Shown one piece after another: positions 9,999-18,656 of a stretch of 24,083 nucleotides of DNA (position 1 is its first letter; every line of letters starts with the position of its first letter). The translations under genes were made by a program, and so were the position numbers. The stretch is from a virus. Its lineage: Duplodnaviria > Caudoviricetes. The notes beneath the pieces were generated by a model that had not been told where the DNA came from, ran no database searches, and saw only the letters and a list, made by a program, of their open reading frames with translations. The DNA is taken from positions 1-24,083 of the IMG/VR virus record IMGVR_UViG_3300032305_001759; one strand, 5' to 3'.

Positions 9999-11810
9999 TT
10001 ATCCAATTACTACAACACGATAAGTGTCAGCAGCAATTGTTGTTGCACTATTAATTTTAATAGTTATAGCAGATGTTGATGTATGTTGTACATCCACTTC
10101 TACCTGATTATAATCAGCAGCAACTTCATATACTTGAACTGTTACATCCTTGGTTGCAAGGTTGTGTGTTACGGTCCATGTGCATACTCCAGAGGTTGAT
10201 GTTAGTGATGTATTGTTAACTGCATATTTCTTTGGGAATCCGTCAGTTATTAACTTTGATTCTACGGCAGAAATATCAACAGCAAGACCACTACCAGTTG
10301 TCAAATAGCTTGTTGAAGCTGTAATAATACCAGCAGTAAATGTTCCAGCACTTCCAGAATTATCTGAATATGTGAAATCAACTGTTGAAGAGTCTGTTAG
10401 CATTGTGCCAACTGTATCTTCAACATACTCCTGTAATCCAGTTATATCAGATGTTGCATGTGTATGACCTTCAAGAGAGATAGCAGTTTCACTACCTAGC
10501 AATCCAGCTGACCACTTATCTGATGATTCATTCCAAATTAAAGAAGCATTGGTTGAATCACCACGCTCAACTTCAATACCTGCATTTGCTGCAGGAACTC
10601 CAGTTACGTTGCTATTAAGGGTAATTTGATTATCCTCAACTAGCAAGGTTTCTGTATTTAAAGTTGTTACGCTTCCGCTTACAGTTAGATTACCAGTTAC
10701 ACCAAGATTTCCTCCGATTGTTACATCGTCTGGAAGACCAACTGTAATTGCTCCAGCAGATGCTGAAACAGTTACTTCATTAGCTGTTCCCAAAAGAGAT
10801 GTTACACCAGTGTTGGCAATAACTAGACCTGAACCTTCACCACCTGAACCAGTTACACTGATACCTGCACCAGATGCACTTGCACCTGCTACATAATCAC
10901 CAGTTGTGTCTGTACCAAGAGCAACAGAGTTTGCTGCAATAGTTGCTGCAATTGTTACGTCTTGACTTCCATTAAAGCTAACACTACCACTCAAGTCACC
11001 ACTAAGACCGATAGATCTTGCTGTTTGCAAAGTACTAGCAGTGCTTGCATTACCAGTTAAAGCACCAGTTACATCTACTGTAATAGAGTTTGGAAGACCA
11101 ATTGTTACTGCTCCAGCGGATGCTGAAACATTTACTTCATTAGTAGTTCCAGCAACAGATGTTACACCAGTGTTAGAAATAGTTAGAGTTGAACCTTCAC
11201 CACCTGAACCAGTTACACTGATACCTGCACCAGATGCATTTGCACCTGCTACATAATCACCAGTCGTATCTGCACCAAGAGCAACTGAATCTGCTACGAT
11301 ATCTGCTGTAATTGTTACGTTCTGACTTCCATCAAAACTAACACTACCACTTAAAGAACCACCAAGACCAATAGATCTAGGTGTCTGCAAAGTACTAGCA
11401 GTGCTTGCATTACCAGTTAAAGCACCAGTTACATCTACTGTAATAGAGTTTGGAAGACTTACCGTTACTGCACCAGCAGATCCACTTACAGATACTTCGT
11501 TAGCTGTACCAGCAATGCTAGTTACACCAGTATTTGCAATTGTAAGAGAGTTACCAGCATCATCATAATTTAATGAGATTCCAGTTCCGCTATCAAGCAG
11601 ATCATTTACTGCATCTCCAATAAATTCAACAGATCCAACGGCTTCCCATTGACTAGTTGTACCATTGTAGATTCTTAGTCCTTGATCAACGGTATTAAAA
11701 TAAATTTGACCAGCAACTCCAGTACCTGGATTTGTAGCCAGATTCTGGATAACACCATTTTGTAATTCATTACGATTTAAATCAATACTTGTTAAAAATT
11801 TTCTAGACAT
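9999..11810 (-). CDS. Tail fibre / virion protein with 120-aa internal duplication
   Basis: 603 aa; GAAGGAGGTGA SD; repeated TGALTGNASTASTLQTxRSIGL..GSVSFxGSQ; C-terminal VTHNL.TKDVTVQVY domain. Confidence 0.8.
   Translation of the reverse strand: MSRKFLTSIDLNRNELQNGVIQNLATNPGTGVAGQIYFNTVDQGLRIYNGTTSQWEAVGSVEFIGDAVNDLLDSGTGISLNYDDAGNSLTIANTGVTSIAGTANEVSVSGSAGAVTVSLPNSITVDVTGALTGNASTASTLQTPRSIGLGGSLSGSVSFDGSQNVTITADIVADSVALGADTTGDYVAGANASGAGISVTGSGGEGSTLTISNTGVTSVAGTTNEVNVSASAGAVTIGLPNSITVDVTGALTGNASTASTLQTARSIGLSGDLSGSVSFNGSQDVTIAATIAANSVALGTDTTGDYVAGASASGAGISVTGSGGEGSGLVIANTGVTSLLGTANEVTVSASAGAITVGLPDDVTIGGNLGVTGNLTVSGSVTTLNTETLLVEDNQITLNSNVTGVPAANAGIEVERGDSTNASLIWNESSDKWSAGLLGSETAISLEGHTHATSDITGLQEYVEDTVGTMLTDSSTVDFTYSDNSGSAGTFTAGIITASTSYLTTGSGLAVDISAVESKLITDGFPKKYAVNNTSLTSTSGVCTWTVTHNLATKDVTVQVYEVAADYNQVEVDVQHTSTSAITIKINSATTIAADTYRVVVIG
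10740..11535 (-). repeat. 360-bp-period intragenic duplication
   Basis: 11026-11098 and 11386-11458 are identical; flanking sequence aligns with a 360-nt offset. Confidence 0.85.
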
Positions 11811-11828
11811 ATATATTCACCTCCTTCA

Positions 11829-12302
11829 TTACGATAAATAAGCCTTTCCCGAAAATGCTCCGATAAAGGTTAAAACTACAGTACTTGAATTTGGATAGTT
11901 ATATGACCCCTCAACAACTGTTCCTGCTGTATCAACTACTGTAATATTAGGGGTAAACCCTAATCCATGTGTTATGTTCCATACTGAAGATGGTACTGAT
12001 TGAGTGTGAACATAACCAAGCTCTTGACTTCCAACTAAATCTGTTGGAGTTCCCCAACCAGAATTTGTTTTTGGACCATACAAATTCATATTTGAGGTAT
12101 TTAAATAAAAATCTCCATCTATACCAAGACCTGCTGAAGGAGCTACAACACCATTTAAGACACCAGTTCCTCTTGCACCTTGAGGACCAGAAGTTCCTAA
12201 ATCTACATTTACTATTTGTTCTGTTAAATTAACATCTACATTTGTTTCATTTACAGAAACATTATTATTTATTTGATTAAGTTCTATTTTAACTTCAGGC
12301 AT
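11829..12302 (-). CDS. Virion structural protein (GPQGARG motif; C-terminal WNITHGLG domain)
   Basis: 157 aa; G.DGDFYLN...LYGPK...W and HTQ..PS.VW.I.H.LG motifs typical of phage fibre-associated proteins; TAATG overlap with the upstream gene. Confidence 0.7.
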   Translation of the reverse strand: MPEVKIELNQINNNVSVNETNVDVNLTEQIVNVDLGTSGPQGARGTGVLNGVVAPSAGLGIDGDFYLNTSNMNLYGPKTNSGWGTPTDLVGSQELGYVHTQSVPSSVWNITHGLGFTPNITVVDTAGTVVEGSYNYPNSSTVVLTFIGAFSGKAYLS

Positions 12303-12655
12303 TATCTAGTTACCTCTGGAGTTACATTAAATGTACCTTCGATCAATCTATCAACAATATTAGATGGACTTACTATTTCTAGGTCATATACATGTGTTCC
12401 AGTAGGGAATTGAGAAGTTGCACTTGCTGAAATTAATATATCAATTGTTCCAGCAGATCCACCTAATGTGATTCCACTACCAGATACTAATGAAACTAAT
12501 GGATTGTCAGAATAATATGCTTCTCTTACTTGAAGTCTTGAGGAATACCCAGATAAATTTACTGGAACTTCATCCAGGGTGTATGTTAAAGTCCTTCTAA
12601 ACGTGCTTCCTTGTGGACAAACAAAGTTTACAAGCCCTGGGGTCATATTGGGCAC
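12302..12655 (-). CDS. Putative baseplate/tail adaptor protein (BppU-N-like)
   Basis: 117 aa; QGSTF...PVNLSGY..RLQVR...YDLEI...RLIEG.F.VTPEVTR; AGGA SD. The start may be GTG 12655 or ATG 12646. Confidence 0.65.
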   Translation of the reverse strand: MPNMTPGLVNFVCPQGSTFRRTLTYTLDEVPVNLSGYSSRLQVREAYYSDNPLVSLVSGSGITLGGSAGTIDILISASATSQFPTGTHVYDLEIVSPSNIVDRLIEGTFNVTPEVTR

Positions 12656-12682
12656 TCCTATTTAAATTTTCTTACTTTTCCT

Positions 12683-12691
12683 ATTATACCA
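12683..12691 (-). promoter_or_regulatory. Extended -10 promoter TGGTATAAT
   Basis: Intergenic motif upstream of the 12655 gene; member of the recurrent TGnTATAAT set. Confidence 0.55.
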
Positions 12692-12698
12692 AACTATT

Positions 12699-13013
12699 TT
12701 ATTTCTTATCTGCAATATATGCTACTAAAACATCATGAATTATTCTTAGTTCTCCACTTAATTGCTTAACATCTGATTTAATTTCATTTTGATTTGAGTC
12801 AAGATTATTTACCTTGTCTGCCATGCTAGATCCACCATTTGGAAATATTTGATGTTCTACACGATCAAGGCGATCTGCTATAGTTCTACCCTTTTCATCT
12901 TTACCAAGAATTCTTTCAAATTTTCTTACTGTTACATATCCAACGCTTAAAATAGCGGTAAGAGATAAAAACATCTGCCAGTTTTCGACAAACATAGATA
13001 TTGAATTATTCAT
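12699..13013 (-). CDS. Small membrane protein (N-terminal TM helix plus coiled coil), possibly lysis-associated
   Basis: Hydrophobic WQMFLSLTAILSVGYVTV; RLDRVEHQIFPNGGSSMADKVN motif that I recall from actinophage membrane proteins. Confidence 0.6.
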   Translation of the reverse strand: MNNSISMFVENWQMFLSLTAILSVGYVTVRKFERILGKDEKGRTIADRLDRVEHQIFPNGGSSMADKVNNLDSNQNEIKSDVKQLSGELRIIHDVLVAYIADKK

Positions 13014-13082
13014 TGTTTTATGGTATACTCCAAAGTAAGACTTAAAAACAATTATAACATATAAATAACATAGGAGTAATAA

Positions 13083-13304
13083 ATGCCTGATACTAAAGAA
13101 AAAGTAAAGAAAGTATTGAAAATTTCAGATCGTTGTGATAGATGTGGTGCTCAAGCTTTTGTACTTGCTACTGGAGTTTCAGGGGAATTAATGTTTTGTG
13201 GTCATCATTATCACAAATACGAATATGCAATTACTCAATGGGCTTATAAGATTGTTAATGAATTAGACACTATTAATGAAAAGTCTGCAAGTAGTAATAT
13301 TTAA
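13083..13304 (+). CDS. Small Zn-binding protein of actinobacterial type (DRCDRCGAQA...FCGHH; DUF7455-like)
   Basis: 73 aa; AGGAG SD; CxxC...CxxH; TGGTATACT promoter-like motif at 13021-13029; the only credible plus-strand gene in the late block. Confidence 0.75.
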   Translation: MPDTKEKVKKVLKISDRCDRCGAQAFVLATGVSGELMFCGHHYHKYEYAITQWAYKIVNELDTINEKSASSNI

Positions 13305-13408
13305 ACTGGAAGTACTGGACTATCTTTATTTATTTCTAAATATATAGCATATTCTTCATCCGTCATTTCACGAACTTCATCATCTACTTGTATTAGTGGC
13401 TTATCCAT
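13301..13408 (-). CDS. 35-aa acidic protein, probable fibre chaperone/partner
   Basis: Not in the ORF track. MDKPLIQVDDEVREMTDEEYAIYLEINKDSPVLPV; start overlaps the end of the upstream fibre gene; REMTxEE motif typical of such small genes. Confidence 0.65.
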   Translation of the reverse strand: MDKPLIQVDDEVREMTDEEYAIYLEINKDSPVLPV

Positions 13409-14357
13409 TATTATATCCATACACCCTTATTGTTCCACCTGACATTGTGCCAGTTCCAGAAACATTTACTGTAAATCCTGTATAAGAACTTGCAACGGCA
13501 TGATAGCCATTAGAATTACCAAGAAAAACGTTGTTCCAAGAGTTGTACGCATTGCTATCCATTCTTGTATGTATTGAAAGGTATGGAGAATATAGCTTTA
13601 TTTGCATAAGACCTGACTCTGTTGAACCGCCACCAATCCAGTTCCATTGAGTGGCATTTGACTGTGAAGCAACGGACATTGCCGAGCCATGGCTGTAACG
13701 GAGAATACTACTATATCCAGTGCTAGAACCATTAAGTGCAAAAGTTAGTTGACTATCACCAGATGATGAAGCCATAACTCCACCAGTCCAAAGTATTTCA
13801 TAATTATCATATGCTGCAGAAAATGCATCATTAACTACTACTGATGTAACTCCAGATCCAACTGTTTGTGTTTTTACCAAAACCATGCCAGGTGTTAGAT
13901 TAGTAGAAACACCATTTCCCAGTTTAGAAACATCTATATATCCACCTCTTGCATCCCCACCTTGTTCAAAAATTCTTAATCTATTTTGAAAAACATCTAT
14001 TGTTACGCCATCTCCAGTAAGGGTTGTATTTGTAGCAGCTTTTCCAAGAAGTACTTCTCCACCCTCATCTCCACCAACAGTTTGTGCAACTAGTTTTGTA
14101 CTAGCACGAACTTCTGGGGCAGTAATATTTCCAGAGAATGTTCCACCTGATTTTGTAGCATATGTAGTGCTGGCAGAAGTCTGTGTTAAATATGTAGAAG
14201 ATGCAGAAACTTTATTAAGATATATAGCACTTGCTGAGGATTCTTCAAGGTAATCAGCAGTTAAATCAATACCAATAATATCCCAAGCAGTTCCATTAAA
14301 TTCATATCCGTCAAAAATTTGTCCAACACTTGCGGATCCAGGAAATATTGTAGCCAT
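13401..14357 (-). CDS. Tail fibre / receptor-binding-like protein
   Basis: 318 aa; YLxxxSASxT repeats; C-terminal GMVLVKTQT...FSAAYDNYEI...YTGFT...GTIRVYGY domain. Confidence 0.75.
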   Translation of the reverse strand: MATIFPGSASVGQIFDGYEFNGTAWDIIGIDLTADYLEESSASAIYLNKVSASSTYLTQTSASTTYATKSGGTFSGNITAPEVRASTKLVAQTVGGDEGGEVLLGKAATNTTLTGDGVTIDVFQNRLRIFEQGGDARGGYIDVSKLGNGVSTNLTPGMVLVKTQTVGSGVTSVVVNDAFSAAYDNYEILWTGGVMASSSGDSQLTFALNGSSTGYSSILRYSHGSAMSVASQSNATQWNWIGGGSTESGLMQIKLYSPYLSIHTRMDSNAYNSWNNVFLGNSNGYHAVASSYTGFTVNVSGTGTMSGGTIRVYGYNNG

Positions 14358-14366
14358 AGTATTTTA

Positions 14367-14375
14367 ATTATATCA
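14367..14375 (-). promoter_or_regulatory. Extended -10 promoter TGATATAAT, near-leaderless
   Basis: 9 nt upstream of ATG 14357; no SD. Confidence 0.5.
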
Positions 14376-14387
14376 TTAGATAGATTG

Positions 14388-14591
14388 TTACCATTTACCA
14401 AGAGGGCATGAAGCAAATTCTAATTTTACTTTTGCTTTCATAAAACATCCACATTCTTTACATACCCCTGCAATAAGAGATGGACATCCTTCACAAATAG
14501 AAAATCTTTCTTCTTCTTTTGCTTCAGATGCTCTTGGATATTTTTCCTGATTTATTAAATGCCATGGTCTTGCATTATAGTTTTCACTCAT
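14388..14591 (-). CDS. Small Cys-rich protein (DUF6171-like)
   Basis: R..ICEGCP...CKECGCFM.AKV.L..ASCPLGKW; AAGGA SD. Confidence 0.75.
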   Translation of the reverse strand: MSENYNARPWHLINQEKYPRASEAKEEERFSICEGCPSLIAGVCKECGCFMKAKVKLEFASCPLGKW

Positions 14592-14599
14592 ATTATTCC

Positions 14600-15562
14600 T
14601 TAAATAGCATATCGGACTACTATTATACCAGTTCCGCCAATTCCACCATTTGCACCATTGTTTCCACCTTTACCGCCATTTCCAGTATTCGTAGATCCTG
14701 CAGATCCAGTGCCAGATCCATCAGTTCCACCATTTCCACCTACACCATAAGTTCCAAGCCAACTTGCATATCCAGCACCGCCAGTAGATCCAGAAGCGTT
14801 TGCGGTAGAACCAGCACCACCGCCTCCTGCAGCAGCAGAAGGTGCACCAGCACCAGAAAATGATGAGTTTGAACCTCCAGCACCAGAAGAAGAAAATGGT
14901 GCAGTTGCTCCACCACCATTGCCACCAGCAGCAGTATAAGCACCAAATGAAGACTGTCCACCATTACCACCAGCAGTACCAGCAGTGTCACCAGTATTTC
15001 CAGTTCCTGCAGTTCCTGAAGCTCCAATAGTTACGGCAGCACTAGCACCAGTAGTCAAAGTAATTCCAGTTTGAACATTTACAATGCCACCTGCTCCACC
15101 GCCTCCAGATCGTGTACCATTATCATAAGGATTACAGTTATAAGGATTACAGTTATATGGATTACAGTTATATGGATTACATTGTTAAGTTCCGCATGCG
15201 TAAGAACCACAGCCGCAACCGCCATCGCAATCAGTGCACTCATAATTCATATTGTCGTCATAACATCCACAGTTATACTCGCTCCAATATACAACATCGT
15301 TGCAGTACTGAGTACATGTTTGATAGCAAGTCTCGTAACATGTTTCATAACAAGTATTATAAGCTCTTGACTTTGAGCCACCTGCTCCACCGCCACCACC
15401 GCCAACTACAACAATGTCAACAATGGCTGGACCAGAAAGTATTGAAAATGTTCCATTAGAAGTAAATGTGTGATACTTGAATCCAGAAGATATGCTAGTT
15501 GTTCCACCAGTTGCATCAACTCCACCAACTCCAGAGGCAGTTATACCATAATTACTTAGCAT
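14600..15562 (-). pseudogene. Glycine-rich virion protein with Cys-rich insert, interrupted by a single in-frame TAA at 15185-15187
   Basis: Track ORFs 15185-15562 and 14600-15058 are in the same frame. Reading through TAA gives ...CGT*QCNPYNCNPYNCNPYNCNPYDNGTRSGGGGAGG...GIIVVRYAI, completing one glycine-rich domain (YHTFT.NGTF...VVVGGGGGG...GGGGAGG...GIIVVRY). Confidence 0.75.
15124..15183 (-). repeat. 15-bp tandem repeat encoding (CNPYN)n
   Basis: GGATTACA units begin at 15129, 15144, 15159 and 15174. Confidence 0.9.
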
Positions 15563-16120
15563 TTAAACATTACCAAGCCTATGTATGCTAATTTTAATTG
15601 GTCCTTCAATTAATGCATTTTCAATTTTAACATTGTATGCCATACTAAAAAAATTACTTTCTGAAGTATTTTCACTAATTTCTCTTTCACTGGATTCTGG
15701 ATTTAATACTTTATTAATTATCTTTTTTTGGATAACAAAAATTTTAAAATTTACTAAACTTGATTCTTGAAAATTTGAAAACATTATTGTTTCATTTAAT
15801 AAATTAACCATTGTAAAAGTTCCTGGATTTTCATCTAATGATTTAATTTTATTTGCTGTAAAATTAATATAATATAATTCTTCAGGCTTTCCTTCTTGAT
15901 AAAAAGGGGCTTCTTCAAAAACAATAGACTCTTCTTGGCTAACAAAATCTTCATTAATAACTGAATACGCAACTTCTTCAAAATTACCATACACTTCTTC
16001 ACAATCAACAAGAATACCATTTTGAACTACATTCATTTTATTTTCTGATGTAACTAAAACAAATTTTCCATCTTCTAAGTCATTAGAAAAATCTTCAATA
16101 TTTTCTATAATTTTAAACAT
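15563..16120 (-). CDS. Hypothetical acidic protein
   Basis: 185-aa ORF abutting neighbours in the operon; AGGA SD. Confidence 0.65.
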   Translation of the reverse strand: MFKIIENIEDFSNDLEDGKFVLVTSENKMNVVQNGILVDCEEVYGNFEEVAYSVINEDFVSQEESIVFEEAPFYQEGKPEELYYINFTANKIKSLDENPGTFTMVNLLNETIMFSNFQESSLVNFKIFVIQKKIINKVLNPESSEREISENTSESNFFSMAYNVKIENALIEGPIKISIHRLGNV

Positions 16121-16131
16121 TTATATCATCC

Positions 16132-16767
16132 TTAAGCTGCTAGGTCTCCTACAAGAGACCATAGATTTGTAGAAATTTTTACTAGAGTTGCACCAGAGTA
16201 TTGTGCACGAAATTTTGCTCCAGGTGTGGATCTTACAATAGAGGTTTGAGCACCATTTGTTTGACCAGCAACTGTTACTTGTCCAGCTCCTAGCTGAACC
16301 ATATCTATTCTTGTTCCAACTGGAAAGTCAACAGAATTATCTGCAGGAACTGTTATTGTAAATGGTGCAGAAGAGTTTAATGGAATAAAATCATTTGAAT
16401 CAGTAAGTGCTAAAGTGTAGTTAGAAGTTACTGCTGAAAGAACTACTTGTGGAGAGGTTGCAGTTAAGTAAGTTGTTGAAGCAGATGCTTGAGTTAGGTA
16501 GGTAGTTGAGGCAGATGCTTGAGTTAGGTAGGTAGTTGAGGCAGATGCTTGAGTTAGGTAGGTAGTTGAAGCAGAAGCCTGGGTAAGATATGCTGATAAA
16601 TCTGAACTATCTAAAAAGTAATCTAAAGCAGACCAGGCACTTGATCCATTTCCAATTTTAAACTTTCCAGTATTTGTTTCAAATCCAATTTCACCTGAAG
16701 AAAGGGTAGGATTTGTAGTAGTCCAATTTGCTGAGGTATCTCTTCTTACCTGAATTTTAGTTGCCAT
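16132..16767 (-). CDS. Fibre protein with major-tropism-determinant N-terminal (Mtd_N / hyaluronidase-N-like) domain
   Basis: IQVRRDT.ANW...NP.L..GEIGFETNTGKFKIGNG..AW..LDY; YLTQASASTT repeats; C-terminal FPVGTRI...Q.GAGQVTV...W.LVGDL domain. Confidence 0.8.
   Translation of the reverse strand: MATKIQVRRDTSANWTTTNPTLSSGEIGFETNTGKFKIGNGSSAWSALDYFLDSSDLSAYLTQASASTTYLTQASASTTYLTQASASTTYLTQASASTTYLTATSPQVVLSAVTSNYTLALTDSNDFIPLNSSAPFTITVPADNSVDFPVGTRIDMVQLGAGQVTVAGQTNGAQTSIVRSTPGAKFRAQYSGATLVKISTNLWSLVGDLAA
16463..16591 (-). repeat. 30-bp tandem repeat encoding YLTQASASTT x4
   Basis: GCAGATGCTTGAGTTAGGTAGGTAGTTGAG repeated almost perfectly. Confidence 0.9.
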
Positions 16768-16776
16768 AATAACTAA

Positions 16777-17037
16777 TTATATCATTTCATTAGTAAGATT
16801 ATCTTGTCTTTCTTTTGCAGATTGAATATCTGCTGCTAATACTACCGCTTCTCTATCTGCAGGAATTTCAGTAATAGAAGGATCCGCTAACATTCTAGCA
16901 ACTTCTAATTGAAATATTTCTTCCATTGCAATTCTTGCACGTTCTGAAGCGGCATTTTGAATCCATTCTTGTGTATCATAAGCTACATAAGAAAGTGCTT
17001 TATCTTGAGCTTCATTTAATTCAATTTCATATTTCAT
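16777..17037 (-). CDS. Small acidic helical protein, probable fibre partner
   Basis: 86-aa ORF immediately after the C1q gene. Confidence 0.65.
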   Translation of the reverse strand: MKYEIELNEAQDKALSYVAYDTQEWIQNAASERARIAMEEIFQLEVARMLADPSITEIPADREAVVLAADIQSAKERQDNLTNEMI

Positions 17038-17051
17038 ATTATTATTATATC

Positions 17052-17627
17052 CTATCCTATTAAAAATCCACTAAAAAATGAATTTTCATTTCCATGCATT
17101 CCTGCACCAGTAATTAAAACTCTAACGTTATCATTAACTGCTAAAGATATAACTGTTGAAATATTTATTACTGGTCCGTAAGAAGAGTCGTTAAAATCGT
17201 TGTACGCTCTTGAAGGTACTTGTGCTCCATTTTTTTGAAAAACTATTGTTGTATTTCCAGTCACCCCTTGTTCAACAAATCCATAATAATTAAAGTGATA
17301 TAGTCCAGCAACTGGGGCTGTAAAAAGTCCAGTACCTAAGTTAATATAGCTACCATTGTTAATATTTGTTGCATTATATGTAAGGTTTCCAGACTGAGTT
17401 GTCAGCGAAATGACATAAACACTAAAAGCTGGAACTGTTGGATTTGTAGCTATTCCAGTAAATATAGGAGAAGCTTTTGGTGCATAAGTACTTGAAGCAG
17501 AAGCCTGTGTTAAATATGTTGTAGAAGCAGAAACCTGCGTCAGGTATGTGGCTGAGGCAGAAGCCTGGGTAAGCAAGGATCCAATTTGAGATGAAGTAGC
17601 TGTTCTAACAACTGTTACATTTGCCAT
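17052..17627 (-). CDS. C1q-domain fibre protein
   Basis: PAFSVY...TG.FTAPVAGLYHF...L..ND.V.V...FSGFLIG is the C1q/TNF-like signature; N-terminal YLTQASAS repeats. Confidence 0.85.
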   Translation of the reverse strand: MANVTVVRTATSSQIGSLLTQASASATYLTQVSASTTYLTQASASSTYAPKASPIFTGIATNPTVPAFSVYVISLTTQSGNLTYNATNINNGSYINLGTGLFTAPVAGLYHFNYYGFVEQGVTGNTTIVFQKNGAQVPSRAYNDFNDSSYGPVINISTVISLAVNDNVRVLITGAGMHGNENSFFSGFLIG

Positions 17628-17635
17628 AATGCTTA

Positions 17636-17644
17636 ATTATACCA
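17636..17644 (-). promoter_or_regulatory. Extended -10 promoter TGGTATAAT heading the structural block
   Basis: 8 nt upstream of ATG 17627, no SD (leaderless-type). Confidence 0.6.
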
Positions 17645-17814
17645 TTTTTAAAAAACTCGCAAAAAATCCGCAAATTAAAAACGCAAAAATCGGCGAAATA
17701 GTATACCCCCATTCCCCTTATAACAACATACAACTACGTTGTTCTATATTTATATATGGAGGATTTTTCGGGGGGATTTATAAATATGCAGAAATATCCC
17801 TAGTATGAAGAATA

Positions 17815-18228
17815 TTAGATATATCCGCCATCTTTAAGACCTGCTTGTATTTCATATATATTACCTTGCCAATGATTTCTATATATGATAAAAGATTTAA
17901 TAGTGGCAAATAAATATAAAGCCAGAAATATGACTCCCCCGAATTTAGCAAATTGTTCACTATGCTTTAATTCATGTCTTAATATTCTATTTGCTAGATC
18001 ATGAGGAGTTCCTGATTTGCATTTATCACAATGCCTGTCTTGTTTGGCTAATATAACATCTCCTATTGTAATAGCCCAAGAAGAGTTGTATTTACCTTTT
18101 CTACCATAGTTAATATAAATACCATTGTTTAGTTGAATTGTCGTACCGCCAATTATTTTTGAAATTAATAAACCCAGAAATGTTGACAAATTAAGTCTAT
18201 TTAGCCTTTGCCTTTTAGAGTTATCCAT
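17815..18228 (-). CDS. Putative HExxH zincin-like protein (DUF4157-like)
   Basis: AITIGDVI...LRHELKHSEQF...YL...N.YE..A motif. Confidence 0.65.
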   Translation of the reverse strand: MDNSKRQRLNRLNLSTFLGLLISKIIGGTTIQLNNGIYINYGRKGKYNSSWAITIGDVILAKQDRHCDKCKSGTPHDLANRILRHELKHSEQFAKFGGVIFLALYLFATIKSFIIYRNHWQGNIYEIQAGLKDGGYI

Positions 18229-18230
18229 AA

Positions 18231-18311
18231 TTAACTACCAGTGATAGTAGACAGCATAATGACTGTTAACACAATCCAGAAGATGTATTTACCATATTCT
18301 CTGTTACTCAT
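18231..18311 (-). CDS. Possible 26-aa membrane peptide
   Basis: MSNREYGKYIFWIVLTVIMLSTITGS; AAGGA SD; ends 2 nt before the 18228 start. Confidence 0.4.
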   Translation of the reverse strand: MSNREYGKYIFWIVLTVIMLSTITGS

Positions 18312-18597
18312 TTTCCTTAATCCTTGTTTTTTCAATAATTTCATCCCCCTGCCCCCTGCAAATTTTTATATTTTTTCTAATTCACTACGTTCATATTGTA
18401 AAGACGTTTTTAATGCTTGTCAAATCGAGTGCCACAAAACATTGAACTTTGAAATTATTTGTAACACAATTGTAACATAATATCTCACATAATGAGATAT
18501 ATATTCACATCCCCCGATTTTCTGAAATTTTTATATTTGTAGCTAGATCCCATTTTGAAGAAAATCTGAATATTTTGTTAATGTGTATGATGCGTAA

Positions 18598-18632
18598 TTA
18601 AAAAGAATGGACTCACTTTTTTTAGTGAGCCC
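18598..18632 (-). terminator. Intrinsic terminator closing the leftward early genes
   Basis: Minus-strand RNA GGGCUCACU-loop-AGUGAGUCC followed by AUUCUUUUU, just after the stop at 18657. Confidence 0.65.
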
Positions 18633-18656
18633 AGACTTTATTTTTTAATTTTTAAT

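Noticed and set aside
15185-15187. Genome-wide stop-codon reassignment
   Set aside because: TAA terminates most genes in the window, with tight TAATG coupling; this is an isolated case.
1886-18480. Short antisense or alternate-frame track ORFs (e.g. 1886-2095, 2392-2640, 4108-4362, 7323-7532, 8169-8492, 9204-9494, 11041-11256, 14519-14863, 15071-15370, 15112-15459, 17778-17960, 18241-18480)
   Set aside because: They are shadows of longer, motif-bearing genes, or lack an SD and protein-like composition.
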